DNA of 59,923 nt, filler included. It is 5 parts of 5 records of this genome, joined end to end, with 100 filler letters (N's around TTAATTAATTAA, not from the genome) between each part and the next. Parts side by side here need not be neighbours in the genome. Positions count along the whole stretch, not along the records: positions 1 to 24,945 come from SRR22947727_580; 4 more parts are not named here. The stretch is one strand, 5' to 3'. Position numbers and translations under genes: made by a program. Below, piece by piece: positions 10,701 to 21,089 of the stretch. The notes under the pieces are model-generated. The model did not search any database. It had not been told where the DNA came from and worked only from the letters and a program-made list of their open reading frames with translations. Each line of letters starts with the position of its first letter. Within the stretch, counting starts at the first letter, position 1.

Positions 10701-11441
10701 TTAAAACTTTTCCATATAGGGTCTTAAATCTAATTCATGTGTCCAAGCGCTTTTATGCTGCGAATGAACAAACCAGTATGCATCTGCAATAGCATCAGGC
10801 TGTAGAATACCGTCTTTTTGTTTTAGAGCATACGTATCGGGGAAATTTTCTTTTATAAATGCAGTATCGATTGCACCATCTATTACAAAATGAGCTACAT
10901 GTATTCCCTGGGGGCCTAATTCTCGAGCCATGCTTTGTGAGACAGCCCTAAGTGCAAATTTGGCACTTGAAAAAGCCGAAAATCCTGAACCTCCTCTCAT
11001 TGAAGCTGTAGCACCAGTAAAAAATATGCTACCTTCATTTCTTTTTTTCATATATTTTGCAGCTTCTCTTCCTGTTAGAAAGCCACCAAAAGCTGCCATT
11101 TCCCATACTTTTCTAAATACTCTTGAAGTAGTATCTTCTATAGGAAAATAGACATTTGCTCCAGGATTAAAAATAACTACATCTATTGGAGCAATTTCGG
11201 TCTCAACCTCTTTAAATAATTTTTGTATGGATTCTTCATCTCTTGCATCTACACCAAACACCTTCAACCAACCACCTGATTGTTCGACATCCCTTTTAAG
11301 CTTTTTAAACTTGTCGAGATTTCCAGGACGCCTTACAGCACATACCTTATAGCCATTATCAGCAAATTTTTTACATAGAGCAGATCCTGTTGCATCTCCT
11401 GCACCAATAATTATTGCTGAATATTTTGAAAAATCTTTCAT
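10701..11441 (-). CDS. Short-chain dehydrogenase (atypical subgroup)
   Basis: GAGDATG, FTGATASMRG, FSSAKFALRA, HVAHFVIDGAIDT, WTHELDLRP; start moved to MKDFSK. Confidence 0.9.
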   Translation of the reverse strand: MKDFSKYSAIIIGAGDATGSALCKKFADNGYKVCAVRRPGNLDKFKKLKRDVEQSGGWLKVFGVDARDEESIQKLFKEVETEIAPIDVVIFNPGANVYFPIEDTTSRVFRKVWEMAAFGGFLTGREAAKYMKKRNEGSIFFTGATASMRGGSGFSAFSSAKFALRAVSQSMARELGPQGIHVAHFVIDGAIDTAFIKENFPDTYALKQKDGILQPDAIADAYWFVHSQHKSAWTHELDLRPYMEKF

Positions 11442-11487
11442 ATGAGTGTTTAATTGTTTGGTTAACTTTACAAAATTGTGAGTACAA

Positions 11488-12090
11488 ATGAAAGTAGACT
11501 TTATTTTCGATGTGGCTAGTCCCAACGCTTATTTTTGCCATAAGCTAATTCCAGACTTTAAAAAAAGAACGGGTGTTGAGTTTGAATACATACCCTGCTT
11601 ACTGGGGGGTATTATGAAGCTGTCGGGCAATCAGCCCCCTTTTGTTGCTTTTGCAGATATACCAAACAAAAATAAATACCAGTCCATAGAGATAGAAAGA
11701 TTCATAAAACAACACCATCTTAAGGAATTTAAATTTAATTCTAGTTTTCCTATGAATACCGTTCAGCTCCAAAGAGGGGCTCTTGCGGCCCAAGAACTAG
11801 GCATATTTGAAAGATATTTAGAAGTTATCCTGGGAGCTATGTGGGAAAAAGATATAAATCTTGCAGACCTAGATATCTTAAAATCAACTTTATCTGAAAA
11901 TAATATAGATGCAGAGTCATTGATAGGAATTATTACTTCTCAGGCTTGTAAAGACAAATTAATTGCAAATACCACTGATGCAGTAAATCGCGGAGCTTTT
12001 GGCGTCCCTACATTTTTTTATGATGATCAAATTTTCTTTGGTAAAGACCACCTTCACCAGCTTGAAGAGTATATTAATTCAAAAGGATAA
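11488..12090 (+). CDS. 2-hydroxychromene-2-carboxylate isomerase / GST-kappa (DsbA-like) family protein
   Basis: DFIFDVASPNAY, LLGGI, GAFGVPTFF, FFGKDHL. Confidence 0.9.
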   Translation: MKVDFIFDVASPNAYFCHKLIPDFKKRTGVEFEYIPCLLGGIMKLSGNQPPFVAFADIPNKNKYQSIEIERFIKQHHLKEFKFNSSFPMNTVQLQRGALAAQELGIFERYLEVILGAMWEKDINLADLDILKSTLSENNIDAESLIGIITSQACKDKLIANTTDAVNRGAFGVPTFFYDDQIFFGKDHLHQLEEYINSKG

Positions 12091-12142
12091 TAGAACTTTT
12101 CTATAAATACTCTTTCAAAGCTAAGAGGTATAAAATATAAGA

Positions 12143-14482
12143 ATGAAGAAATTCAATTATGTTGCTCCAATTTTGCTGGGTGCTTCACTTTTTGTTAATG
12201 CAAATGAAGAATTTCTGGTGGATGGTGTTTTAGTTCCGACAGCTCAATCCAACACACAATCATGCATATCCTATTTTCCTGTAATGGGACTTGTAAAAGA
12301 AATGGAAGATTTGAAAGTTAATTCAGAAAAATTTAAATTTACAGACGATAAGAAATTAATTTTAGATGGGAAGGTAGAATTAGATTTCCCTGAGGGACTT
12401 TTAAGAGCTCAAAGTGCTGAACTAGATAGAGAAAATGGAAAAATTAAGTTCTCCAATAATGGAGAGATTTTTTTGGAGGATTTCTATTTTAATGCCAACG
12501 GAGGTTATCTAAATAAAGATGATAAATCTATTTCGTTGTCAAAAGGAATGGCATTCTCTAATGAAAGAAGTTTAATATTTAATTTCCTAGAATTGTACGG
12601 TCAGCTTGATCAAAAAATTTATCTTAAAAATACATCTATGACATCATGTGCAAATCCTGATCAGGGCTGGGCTCTCCAAGCAAAAGAAATCATTTTGAAT
12701 TCTGAGGAGAAACGAGGCTTAGCTAAGAATGTAAAAATTAAAGCAGCTAACAAAACTATCTTCGCCCTTCCATATCTACCTTTTGCGACGTCGGATGAGC
12801 GAATGAGCGGCTTCCTTGAGCCCTCTATATCCTATTCATCTGATGGGATGGATATGATGATTCCCTACTACAGGGTGATTTCTAAAAAATCTGATATTAC
12901 TATCGCTCCTCGTTATATAGCAAAAAGAGGTCCAGGCATTGAAATGAATTACAGGTCTTTACATGGCAATGATAATAATTTTCGTAATGTAGACCTAATA
13001 TACTTTTCAAATGATGATGAATTTAAAGATGAGTTTTTTAATGAAGAGACCTCGAGGTGGATATATAAATATACTGATAAATTTTCATATGGCTCATCTT
13101 CTATAAACATAGATTGGTCTAAGTCATCTGATGGACTTGTTTTGAGAGATATACCTGGAGAAATCACATCAATTGGCTATCAAAGGATTCAAAACTTAAA
13201 TCAAAATTTTTCTCTCAATACCCAATTTAATAATTCATTTTTAACTATTGAGCATCAGGGCTTTCAATCACTCAATCCGATTTTATCCAATGGTTATGTT
13301 AAATCACCATCAATTGATTATATGTTTCTTAAAAGCACTAATGGAATTGTTATATCTGAAAAATTAAATATATCCACTTTTAAGGCTAATAAAATTCATG
13401 GGTATTATGGATATCAAACTATAAACAATAAATACTTAAGATTAATTGAGAACCCTGTTGAGGGAAGAAGAATATTTTCTGAATTTTCCCTTTCTAAATA
13501 TGCTCATATTAATGGTTTTAATATCTCCTCAAATATAGGACTAAAAAGCATTAATTATGACTTATCTGATAATGTTCAAAATGCAAAGAATATAAATGTT
13601 CCCAATGCCTTATTGGATATAAGCACAATATTCATAAAAAATGATGGGAATAATAAATACTTAGTAGAACCTAAACTGGCATTAGGTTATTCGGCATACG
13701 AAAACCAACAAAATAATCCTATTTTTGATTCTGATGTTATTTCTTCAAATAATGATTTATTTAATAACGATAGATTCTCTGGAATGGATCGTATTGGGGA
13801 TCAAAGATTTTATACCTTAAGCATGAGATACAAAAAAATGTCCTTAGGTCATGAAAAAATATCTTTAAATCTTTCAAAAAAATACTACACAAAAGATAGA
13901 AAAGTTTGGATGCCTCACACAAATAATTCTATCGAAGCTATGAATGCCAAAGAAGGACCTATGTTTATAGTGGCATCATGGATGCCCAACAAAAAAACCT
14001 CAATCATGGGTTATGGTGAATATTTTAAAAAAAATAAGAAAGTGCCGCTTGGGGGTATAACTCTAAATCATAAATTTAATTCGGGCTCTGTTAGTTTTGC
14101 TAAAAGATATAGAAGGATGGCCGGTGATTTTAATGATCAAATGGACTATACAGAAGTATTTGCAGACATAGACTTAAACCCTAACTTCAAACTCATTGCA
14201 AAGCTTAAAAGAGATAATGAAAATAATAAAAATGTAGAAAGCCTTGTTGGTATTGAATATGAAAACTGTTGTGTAGCTCTAAGAATCACAGGAACTGACA
14301 GAAACCTCTCAAGATATATATTAAATCAAGAAATTTTATACCTTCATCTAGGAGATGCGTGGGATAATGTTATTGATATAGAAAATAAGAGTAGAATAAA
14401 TTTTGAATTTGAATTAAAAGGCCTAAACTCTTCTTTTGATAAAGTGAATAAATTAATTAATAATTCACTTTTTAACTACTAA
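12143..14482 (+). CDS. lptD: LPS assembly outer-membrane protein
   Basis: TSC...W, LPYLPF..ERMSGFL, PYY, LFNNDRFSGMDRIGD, EYENCC, FELKGL; precedes surA-pdxA. Confidence 0.9.
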   Translation: MKKFNYVAPILLGASLFVNANEEFLVDGVLVPTAQSNTQSCISYFPVMGLVKEMEDLKVNSEKFKFTDDKKLILDGKVELDFPEGLLRAQSAELDRENGKIKFSNNGEIFLEDFYFNANGGYLNKDDKSISLSKGMAFSNERSLIFNFLELYGQLDQKIYLKNTSMTSCANPDQGWALQAKEIILNSEEKRGLAKNVKIKAANKTIFALPYLPFATSDERMSGFLEPSISYSSDGMDMMIPYYRVISKKSDITIAPRYIAKRGPGIEMNYRSLHGNDNNFRNVDLIYFSNDDEFKDEFFNEETSRWIYKYTDKFSYGSSSINIDWSKSSDGLVLRDIPGEITSIGYQRIQNLNQNFSLNTQFNNSFLTIEHQGFQSLNPILSNGYVKSPSIDYMFLKSTNGIVISEKLNISTFKANKIHGYYGYQTINNKYLRLIENPVEGRRIFSEFSLSKYAHINGFNISSNIGLKSINYDLSDNVQNAKNINVPNALLDISTIFIKNDGNNKYLVEPKLALGYSAYENQQNNPIFDSDVISSNNDLFNNDRFSGMDRIGDQRFYTLSMRYKKMSLGHEKISLNLSKKYYTKDRKVWMPHTNNSIEAMNAKEGPMFIVASWMPNKKTSIMGYGEYFKKNKKVPLGGITLNHKFNSGSVSFAKRYRRMAGDFNDQMDYTEVFADIDLNPNFKLIAKLKRDNENNKNVESLVGIEYENCCVALRITGTDRNLSRYILNQEILYLHLGDAWDNVIDIENKSRINFEFELKGLNSSFDKVNKLINNSLFNY

Positions 14483-14494
14483 CTTTACAAATAT

Positions 14495-15736
14495 ATGAAA
14501 AAAACAATTCTAATGCTCTTTTCGGTCATATCAATAAGCATCCATTCTGCTATAGAAATCTTGGATAGAGTTGCCGTAATAGTCGATGATGGCTTAATTA
14601 TGCAATCTCAAATTAATTCAGATTTAGATGAGATGGTGCAAAGATATGAAGAACAAAATATACCCAAACCGGATATCAAGGTTCTGCGTAATCAGGTAAT
14701 AGAAAGTCTAATAATTGAAGAGCTGCAACTTCAACTTGCTGAGAGATATGGAATTAGAGTAAGTGATGAAGAGTTAAATGCAACTATTACAAGAATAGCT
14801 GCAAATAATAATTTGAGTCTAGAGGAATTCATCATCTATCTTCAAAATGAAGGTGAATCTTATGAAGATTTCAGAGAAGATGTAAAAAAACAAATAACTA
14901 TACAAAGAATTCAAAGAGGAAGAGTTGGGTCAGAAATAGATATTACAGAAAAAGAATTTGAAGCTTTTTTGAAAACTGATGAATCATTAATACAGCTCGA
15001 ACCAGAACTACTAGTAAGGCAAATATTGATAAGTAAATATGAAGACGCTACTTTAATTTTTGAAAACATATCAAATGGCCAGCCATTTGAAGAGGTTGCG
15101 AAGACTAATCCCCTTAATAAATATAATAAAAATGAAGGCTTGATGGATTGGAAAAAAGCAATTGATATGCCAAAAATATTTTCTGAAGCAATTAATGATA
15201 AAGATGTTGGCTTCATAACAAAGCCCATTAAGAGTGGTGCGGGATATCATATTTTAAAACTTGAAAATAAAAGAGGTGATTTTGTTAGATATGAGGATCA
15301 ATGGCTAGCACGACATATACTTCTGATACCTTCAACCATCAGAAATGAAGAACAAACTAAGAACGAATTAACTGACATTCGTAATAGGATTCTTGATGGT
15401 GAAGATTTTGTACTATTAGCCGCTAGCTATTCTGAAGATCCTGGTTCGGCAAAAAATAAGGGAGAGTTGGGCTGGCTTGGTAAAGGTGTTCTTGCAGCAG
15501 AGTTTGAGAAAACAATGATAGAGATAGAACCTGGAAAAGTCTCAGATATATTTAAGACTGAATTTGGCTTTCATTTTTTAGAGGTCCTTGATACAAGAAA
15601 CCATGATATGACAAGAGAACTAATAAAAGATGAAGCCTATGCAATTCTTTATCAAAGAAAATATGATGAAGAGCTTGAAAATACCCTTCGTTCAATTAGA
15701 GCTGAAGCTTTCGTAGAATTTAAAGATCTAGATTGA
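14495..15736 (+). CDS. surA: Periplasmic chaperone / PPIase SurA
   Basis: LDRVAVIVDDG, ARHILL, YSEDPGSA..GELGW, FGFHFLEV, LRSIRAEAFVE. Confidence 0.93.
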   Translation: MKKTILMLFSVISISIHSAIEILDRVAVIVDDGLIMQSQINSDLDEMVQRYEEQNIPKPDIKVLRNQVIESLIIEELQLQLAERYGIRVSDEELNATITRIAANNNLSLEEFIIYLQNEGESYEDFREDVKKQITIQRIQRGRVGSEIDITEKEFEAFLKTDESLIQLEPELLVRQILISKYEDATLIFENISNGQPFEEVAKTNPLNKYNKNEGLMDWKKAIDMPKIFSEAINDKDVGFITKPIKSGAGYHILKLENKRGDFVRYEDQWLARHILLIPSTIRNEEQTKNELTDIRNRILDGEDFVLLAASYSEDPGSAKNKGELGWLGKGVLAAEFEKTMIEIEPGKVSDIFKTEFGFHFLEVLDTRNHDMTRELIKDEAYAILYQRKYDEELENTLRSIRAEAFVEFKDLD

Positions 15737-16713
15737 AGAAAATTGTTTATTCTCCAGGGGAGCCATCAGGTATTGGCCCAGATATTATTATTCAGTTATG
15801 TAGAACAGCCTTTTGGACAGATATAAAGATACCTATTCTGTGCATATCTGACCCTAAACTTCTTGATAAAAGAGCTGCTGATTTAGGAAAAAAAATTACT
15901 CTTCAAAAAATTTCTGATATAGATGAATTAAAAACAAATAAAAGAAATGTTATACAAGTGATGCATATTTCGGATTGTAAAAATACAAAATATGGAAAAC
16001 TATATAAATCAAATGCTCAATATGTTTTAGATAATTTAAACTTTGGTATTGATGAGGCTTTAAAAAATAAAAACCTTGCTCTAGTAACGGGTCCAATAAG
16101 TAAAGAAAATATTATATCTATAAATAAAAAATTCTCTGGTCATACTGAATTCATTCAGCAGAAAACAAATAGTAAAGAGGTTTTAATGCTTCTTGCCTCT
16201 GACCAGTTAAAAGTTGCTTTAACAACCACTCACATACCTCTAAAAAATGTTTCAAAAAAAATAACTAAAGAGCTCATAATTAGTAAAGCGATAACACTAA
16301 ATAAAGGGCTTAAAGAAAAATTTAAAATCAAAAACCCAATTATTAAGATGCTTGGATTAAACCCCCATTCGGGTGAGGGTGGAAAAATAGGGAAGGAAGA
16401 AGTTGATATTATTATCCCTGCAGTAAAAGAGCTAAGGAAAAAGAAAATAAATATTTCATATCCTGTTTCAGCCGATACAGCGTTTACAAAAAAGAACCTT
16501 AAGGAGACTGATGCATTTTTGGGCATGTATCATGACCAAGTCCTACCTGTCATTAAGGCTCTAAGTTTTGGCAATGCTATTAATGTAACTTTGGGTGTTC
16601 CAATAACAAGGACTTCTGTAGATCATGGAGTTGCCTTAGATATAGCTGGTTCAGGTAAAGCTGACCCCTCTTCACTTAAAGAAGCCATAAAAGCTGCAAA
16701 GAAAATTATTTAA
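15733..16713 (+). CDS. pdxA: 4-hydroxythreonine-4-phosphate dehydrogenase
   Basis: GEPSGIGPD, GHTEF, TTHIPL, GLNPHSGE, MYHDQ, RTSVDHG; TTG start. Confidence 0.96.
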   Translation: MKKIVYSPGEPSGIGPDIIIQLCRTAFWTDIKIPILCISDPKLLDKRAADLGKKITLQKISDIDELKTNKRNVIQVMHISDCKNTKYGKLYKSNAQYVLDNLNFGIDEALKNKNLALVTGPISKENIISINKKFSGHTEFIQQKTNSKEVLMLLASDQLKVALTTTHIPLKNVSKKITKELIISKAITLNKGLKEKFKIKNPIIKMLGLNPHSGEGGKIGKEEVDIIIPAVKELRKKKINISYPVSADTAFTKKNLKETDAFLGMYHDQVLPVIKALSFGNAINVTLGVPITRTSVDHGVALDIAGSGKADPSSLKEAIKAAKKII

Positions 16714-17483
16714 TGGCTTCAAGGAATATTAGAAGGAAATTCGGTCAAAATTATCTTTCTGATCCTGCAATCATATTTGAAATGGGTAGAGCAATATCTC
16801 CTTTAGTTGGAGATAACTTTTTTGAAATTGGACCCGGAATGGGGGCACTTACCAACGTACTTAATCTGGCTGGCATTAATGTTAAGGGTATTGATGTAGA
16901 TGAGAAGAATATTGAATATTTAACAAAACAATATACAGGGCCAGCTAAATTTGATTTTATACATGGAGATGTTTTATCAACTCCTTTAAATTTTCTTGAA
17001 AAAGATAACCACAGGATAGTTGGCAACCTTCCATATAATATTTCAACACAGATAATCTTAATGTTTACAAACTGGCATCATCTAGTAGATGATCTTCATT
17101 TCCTTGTTCAAAAAGAAGTTGCTGAAAAAATTGCAGGCAAAGTTGCAACTAAAAATTGGGGCAAATTATCAATAAAACTTTCAGCTTTTTTTAATACCCA
17201 AATACTCTTTGATGTTCCCCCTGAAGCATTCGATATTAAGCCAAAGGTTAATTCAAGCTTCATAAGAATGACACCACAAAAAAAATATAATATTGACCAA
17301 TCAACAAAAGAAAAATTGTTCAAAATTATTGATATGTCTTTTTTATCAAGAAGAAAAAACATTAAAAATAACTTAAAAAAATTAAACTTAGACTGGAATG
17401 GTCTTGATATTAATCCTGGACTGAGGCCGGAAGAAATATCTTTAGACAATTTTTTGAAAATAGTTAAAACATTGGAAAATTAA
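16713..17483 (+). CDS. rsmA: 16S rRNA adenine dimethyltransferase KsgA
   Basis: RKFGQNYL, EIGPGMGALT, VGNLPYNIST, QKEVA, PKVNS. Confidence 0.96.
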   Translation: MASRNIRRKFGQNYLSDPAIIFEMGRAISPLVGDNFFEIGPGMGALTNVLNLAGINVKGIDVDEKNIEYLTKQYTGPAKFDFIHGDVLSTPLNFLEKDNHRIVGNLPYNISTQIILMFTNWHHLVDDLHFLVQKEVAEKIAGKVATKNWGKLSIKLSAFFNTQILFDVPPEAFDIKPKVNSSFIRMTPQKKYNIDQSTKEKLFKIIDMSFLSRRKNIKNNLKKLNLDWNGLDINPGLRPEEISLDNFLKIVKTLEN

Positions 17484-18290
17484 ATGGCTCACTATGTTGT
17501 AGGTGATGTTCAAGGCTGCTTTAAGGAACTAGAGGCATTACTTAAAAAAATTAAATTTAATTTTAATAAAGATATATTAATTTTTGCAGGTGATCTTGTT
17601 AACAGAGGCGATGCATCAGAAAAAGTTTTAGAGTTCTGTATTAAAAATAAAGAATCTGTTAAAGCTGTTCTCGGAAATCATGACTTTTATTTGCTTTACT
17701 TGATCGAACATCAAAAAAAAGATAAGTCATTAAAGAAAGTTTTAGAATCTAAAAATGTTAAAAAATATCAAGCCTGGTTAAAAAAACAGCCATTATTATT
17801 AGACATCAAAATCAAAGAATCTAATGAAATTTTTTGGATTTCTCATGCTGGAATACCTTTTATTTGGCAAGCGAATAAAGCTAAAAAATTCTCTAAAGAA
17901 ATACAAGTTGCTTTAAAAAATGATTCGTCAAATTTATTAAAAAATATTTGGGGGGATACTCCTAAAATTTGGAATCCAAACCTAAGGGGATACAAAAGAC
18001 AGCGAACAATTATTAACTACTTTACAAGAATGAGGTTCTTGAGCAAAGATGGCTCACTGAGACTAAATTTAAAAAGTGGTAAGGGCAAAAAAGGTTATAT
18101 ACCTTGGTTCAAGCAAACTATAGATAATCTTAAAGATAATGAAAATATTGTCTTTGGACACTGGGCGTCTTTAGAGGGCAAGACTGGTTTAAAAAATATT
18201 ATTGGGCTAGATACTGGTTGTGTTTGGGGAAATAAGCTCACAGCTATAAGATTAGAAGATAGAAAGTTATTTCAAATTAAGAAAAAATGA
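17484..18290 (+). CDS. apaH: Symmetrical diadenosine tetraphosphatase
   Basis: VGDVQGC, GDLVNRG, LGNHD, HAGI, FTRMR, FGHWASL, LDTGCVWG. Confidence 0.95.
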   Translation: MAHYVVGDVQGCFKELEALLKKIKFNFNKDILIFAGDLVNRGDASEKVLEFCIKNKESVKAVLGNHDFYLLYLIEHQKKDKSLKKVLESKNVKKYQAWLKKQPLLLDIKIKESNEIFWISHAGIPFIWQANKAKKFSKEIQVALKNDSSNLLKNIWGDTPKIWNPNLRGYKRQRTIINYFTRMRFLSKDGSLRLNLKSGKGKKGYIPWFKQTIDNLKDNENIVFGHWASLEGKTGLKNIIGLDTGCVWGNKLTAIRLEDRKLFQIKKK

Positions 18291-19306
18291 AAATATATGA
18301 AGTTGGGGGAGCTGTAAGAGACGCCCTTCTGGGTAAAATAGCAAAGGATAGAGACTGGGTTGTTGTTGGATCATCTCCTGAGGAAATGGTATCAAATGGA
18401 TTTAAGCCTATTGGTAAAGACTTTCCTGTATTTTTGCATCCGTCCAGCAATGAAGAATATGCCCTTGCAAGAACTGAAAAAAAAACAGGCCATGGCTATC
18501 ATGGATTTAATTTTTATTTTGGGAAAGACGTAACGCTTGAAGAGGATCTTTCAAGAAGAGATCTAACTATCAATGCTATTGCTAGAGACTCAAGTGGAAA
18601 TATTATAGATCCCTATGAAGGCATCAAAGATCTTGAAAGAAAAATCTTTAGACATGTTTCAGATGCATTTTTAGAAGATCCTTTACGCGCAATAAGATTG
18701 GCTAGATTCCATACTTATGAACATCTCAAAGATTTTTCAATTGATTCAAAAACAGAAGAGATGTTAGAAAAAATTGTTAATTCAGGGGAGCTAGCAAACT
18801 TATCACCAGACAGGATTTGGACTGAAACTGATAGAGCGATGTCTTCAAAAAATCCAAATATTTTTTTTGAGCTAATAATAAAATATAAAATGCATCATCC
18901 CTACTTTGAGGAATTAAGAAAATCTCTTTGCGATACAACCACAAACAGCATAATTCGATGGGCTGAATTGCAGGCTAATAACGATTTTGCGTTAGGCAAT
19001 AATCTCCCTATTCCAAATGCACAAAAAAATGCTTCTGATGTTCTAATGAAATTAATGAAGATTTCAAAAGATATGCCAAGGAATGAACTTATAAAGTTAT
19101 TTCCTCTAATTAACTTTGACAGAAACGAGTTATTAATCAAAGACTTATGCTCTTTGCCGCAGCTTTCTAATTCAAAAGAATTAATATTCAAATTAGTATC
19201 AAAAACCATGGAAACTGATTTCTCTTTTCTTAAAAATATACCGAATGAGAAAATTCATGCAGAAAAGCATAAAATATACGAAAAAATATTAAATCAATGT
19301 CTATAA
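18287..19306 (+). CDS. cca: tRNA nucleotidyltransferase (short form, no evident HD domain)
   Basis: VGGAVRDALLG, DRDWVVVG, GKDFPVFLHP, EYALARTE, RRDLTINA, EDPLRAIRLARF. Confidence 0.92.
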   Translation: MKIYEVGGAVRDALLGKIAKDRDWVVVGSSPEEMVSNGFKPIGKDFPVFLHPSSNEEYALARTEKKTGHGYHGFNFYFGKDVTLEEDLSRRDLTINAIARDSSGNIIDPYEGIKDLERKIFRHVSDAFLEDPLRAIRLARFHTYEHLKDFSIDSKTEEMLEKIVNSGELANLSPDRIWTETDRAMSSKNPNIFFELIIKYKMHHPYFEELRKSLCDTTTNSIIRWAELQANNDFALGNNLPIPNAQKNASDVLMKLMKISKDMPRNELIKLFPLINFDRNELLIKDLCSLPQLSNSKELIFKLVSKTMETDFSFLKNIPNEKIHAEKHKIYEKILNQCL

Positions 19307-20031
19307 ATAAAACCATACTAATTACAGGAGCTGCAAAGAGGATTGGCAAGGAGATAGCTCTAACTTTTTCTAATATGGGTTGGAATATAATAATTCATTA
19401 CAACTCCTCCAAAAATGATGCTGAAGAATTGGCAAATCAAATTAATTCAATCAACTCAAATACTGCAAAAATAATTCAAGCAAATTTAGATGTTGTAACA
19501 GATGTCCAAAGATTAATTATTGAGGCTAGATCCTGTTTTGATTCGATTGATGTTTTGGTAAACAATGCTTCAACTTTCTACCCAACTCCCATCGATGAAA
19601 TCTCTGAAGATCACTGGGATAAACTAATAGGAAGTAATCTTAAAGGTCCATTGTTTTTAATCCAGGGCCTTAAAGATAAATTAATTGAAGCGAAAGGAAC
19701 TATTATTAATATTACTGATACAAATCTAAGCAAAGGCGTTGCGAATTTTTCTATATACGCAGCTGCCAAAGGAGGTTTAGAATCTATTACTAAGGTTTTA
19801 GCAAGAGAATTAGCTCCAGATGTGAATGTTAATGCAATTGCTCCTGGTGCAATGCTTGAACCACCTGATGTTACTTGGACTGAAGAGCAAAAAGAAAAAG
19901 TAATAGCAAACATTCCTCTGAAAAAAATGGGATGCGAGAAAGACATAGCAAGCACAGTTAAATTTGTTGTTGGTTCGAAGTATATGACAGGTCAAATTAT
20001 TAAAGTTGATGGAGGAAGATCACTCTCATGA
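19297..20031 (+). CDS. Pteridine reductase (FolM/PTR1-like SDR)
   Basis: TGAAKRIG, HYNSS, NNASTFYPTP, NITD, YAAAK, ARELAP; next to cca and folBK. Confidence 0.88.
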   Translation: MSINKTILITGAAKRIGKEIALTFSNMGWNIIIHYNSSKNDAEELANQINSINSNTAKIIQANLDVVTDVQRLIIEARSCFDSIDVLVNNASTFYPTPIDEISEDHWDKLIGSNLKGPLFLIQGLKDKLIEAKGTIINITDTNLSKGVANFSIYAAAKGGLESITKVLARELAPDVNVNAIAPGAMLEPPDVTWTEEQKEKVIANIPLKKMGCEKDIASTVKFVVGSKYMTGQIIKVDGGRSLS

Positions 20032-21089
20032 CACACGATGCTCAAAAATATGAAAAAATATTTTCAGGAACAAAAGAAGTTGCTGAAAATCTTAAAATTG
20101 ATGTTGGGAAACTTCAGCCATGGATAGATGCTCATGTGCCTGGTGCTGGTGCTATTACAGGAATTGAACAATTTAAAGGCGGGCAATCAAATCCAACATA
20201 TAAAATTATTACTGATCACAAAAATCTTGTTTTAAGAAGAAAACCACCTGGCAAACTTTTACCATCAGCTCACGCAGTTGATAGGGAATATAAGGTTATT
20301 ACCGCTCTTGGTGAGACTGATGTACCTGTCCCAAAAACCTATGGACTTTGTGAAGATCAAGAGGTAGCCGGAACCACTTTTTTTGTTATGGATTGTTTGG
20401 ATGGAGATATTTATTGGGATCATATGCTTCCCTCTCTTTCAAAGGAAGAAAGAATCAAGGTCTACCAAAATAAGAATAAAACTCTTGCAGCTCTTCATAG
20501 TGTAGATTTCAAAAAAGTTGGATTAGAAGATTACGGTAAACCTGGTAATTATGTTGCAAGACAAGTATCAAGGTGGTCTAAACAATACCTAGCATCAGAG
20601 ACAGACAATATTGTAGAAATGAATAATCTTATAGAATGGTTACCAGAAAATATTCCTGATGATGATGAAACCTCAATTGTTCATGGAGACTACCGCTTAG
20701 ACAATATGATAATGAAGAACCAAGAAGTCATAGGTGTGCTTGATTGGGAACTTTCTACCTTGGGTCATCCTATTGCAGATTTTTGCTATCATTGTCTTAC
20801 ATGGAGAACAGAGCCATTGTTTTATGATCACGCAAAATTAAAAGAGATGGGTATTCCTAATGAAATGGAATATCGTGACATGTACTCTGAAATCACCGGG
20901 AAAGATCTTTCAGCTAATTGGGAGTTCTATATGGCTTTTAGTCTATTTAAAGTAGGTGCCATATGTCAGGGTATTCTTGGCAGAGTTAGAGATGGAACTG
21001 CATCAAGCAAGCATGCTGAAGACAGAGGAATGAAAGTCTATCCCCTTTCAGAGTTTGCATGGTCTATTGTAAAGGATCACTTTAAATAG
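20028..21089 (+). CDS. APH-family phosphotransferase resembling the ACAD10/11 kinase domain
   Basis: QFKGGQSNPTY, LRRKPPGKLLPSAHAVDRE, HGDYRLDN, LDWELSTLGHP. Confidence 0.9.
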   Translation: MTHDAQKYEKIFSGTKEVAENLKIDVGKLQPWIDAHVPGAGAITGIEQFKGGQSNPTYKIITDHKNLVLRRKPPGKLLPSAHAVDREYKVITALGETDVPVPKTYGLCEDQEVAGTTFFVMDCLDGDIYWDHMLPSLSKEERIKVYQNKNKTLAALHSVDFKKVGLEDYGKPGNYVARQVSRWSKQYLASETDNIVEMNNLIEWLPENIPDDDETSIVHGDYRLDNMIMKNQEVIGVLDWELSTLGHPIADFCYHCLTWRTEPLFYDHAKLKEMGIPNEMEYRDMYSEITGKDLSANWEFYMAFSLFKVGAICQGILGRVRDGTASSKHAEDRGMKVYPLSEFAWSIVKDHFK

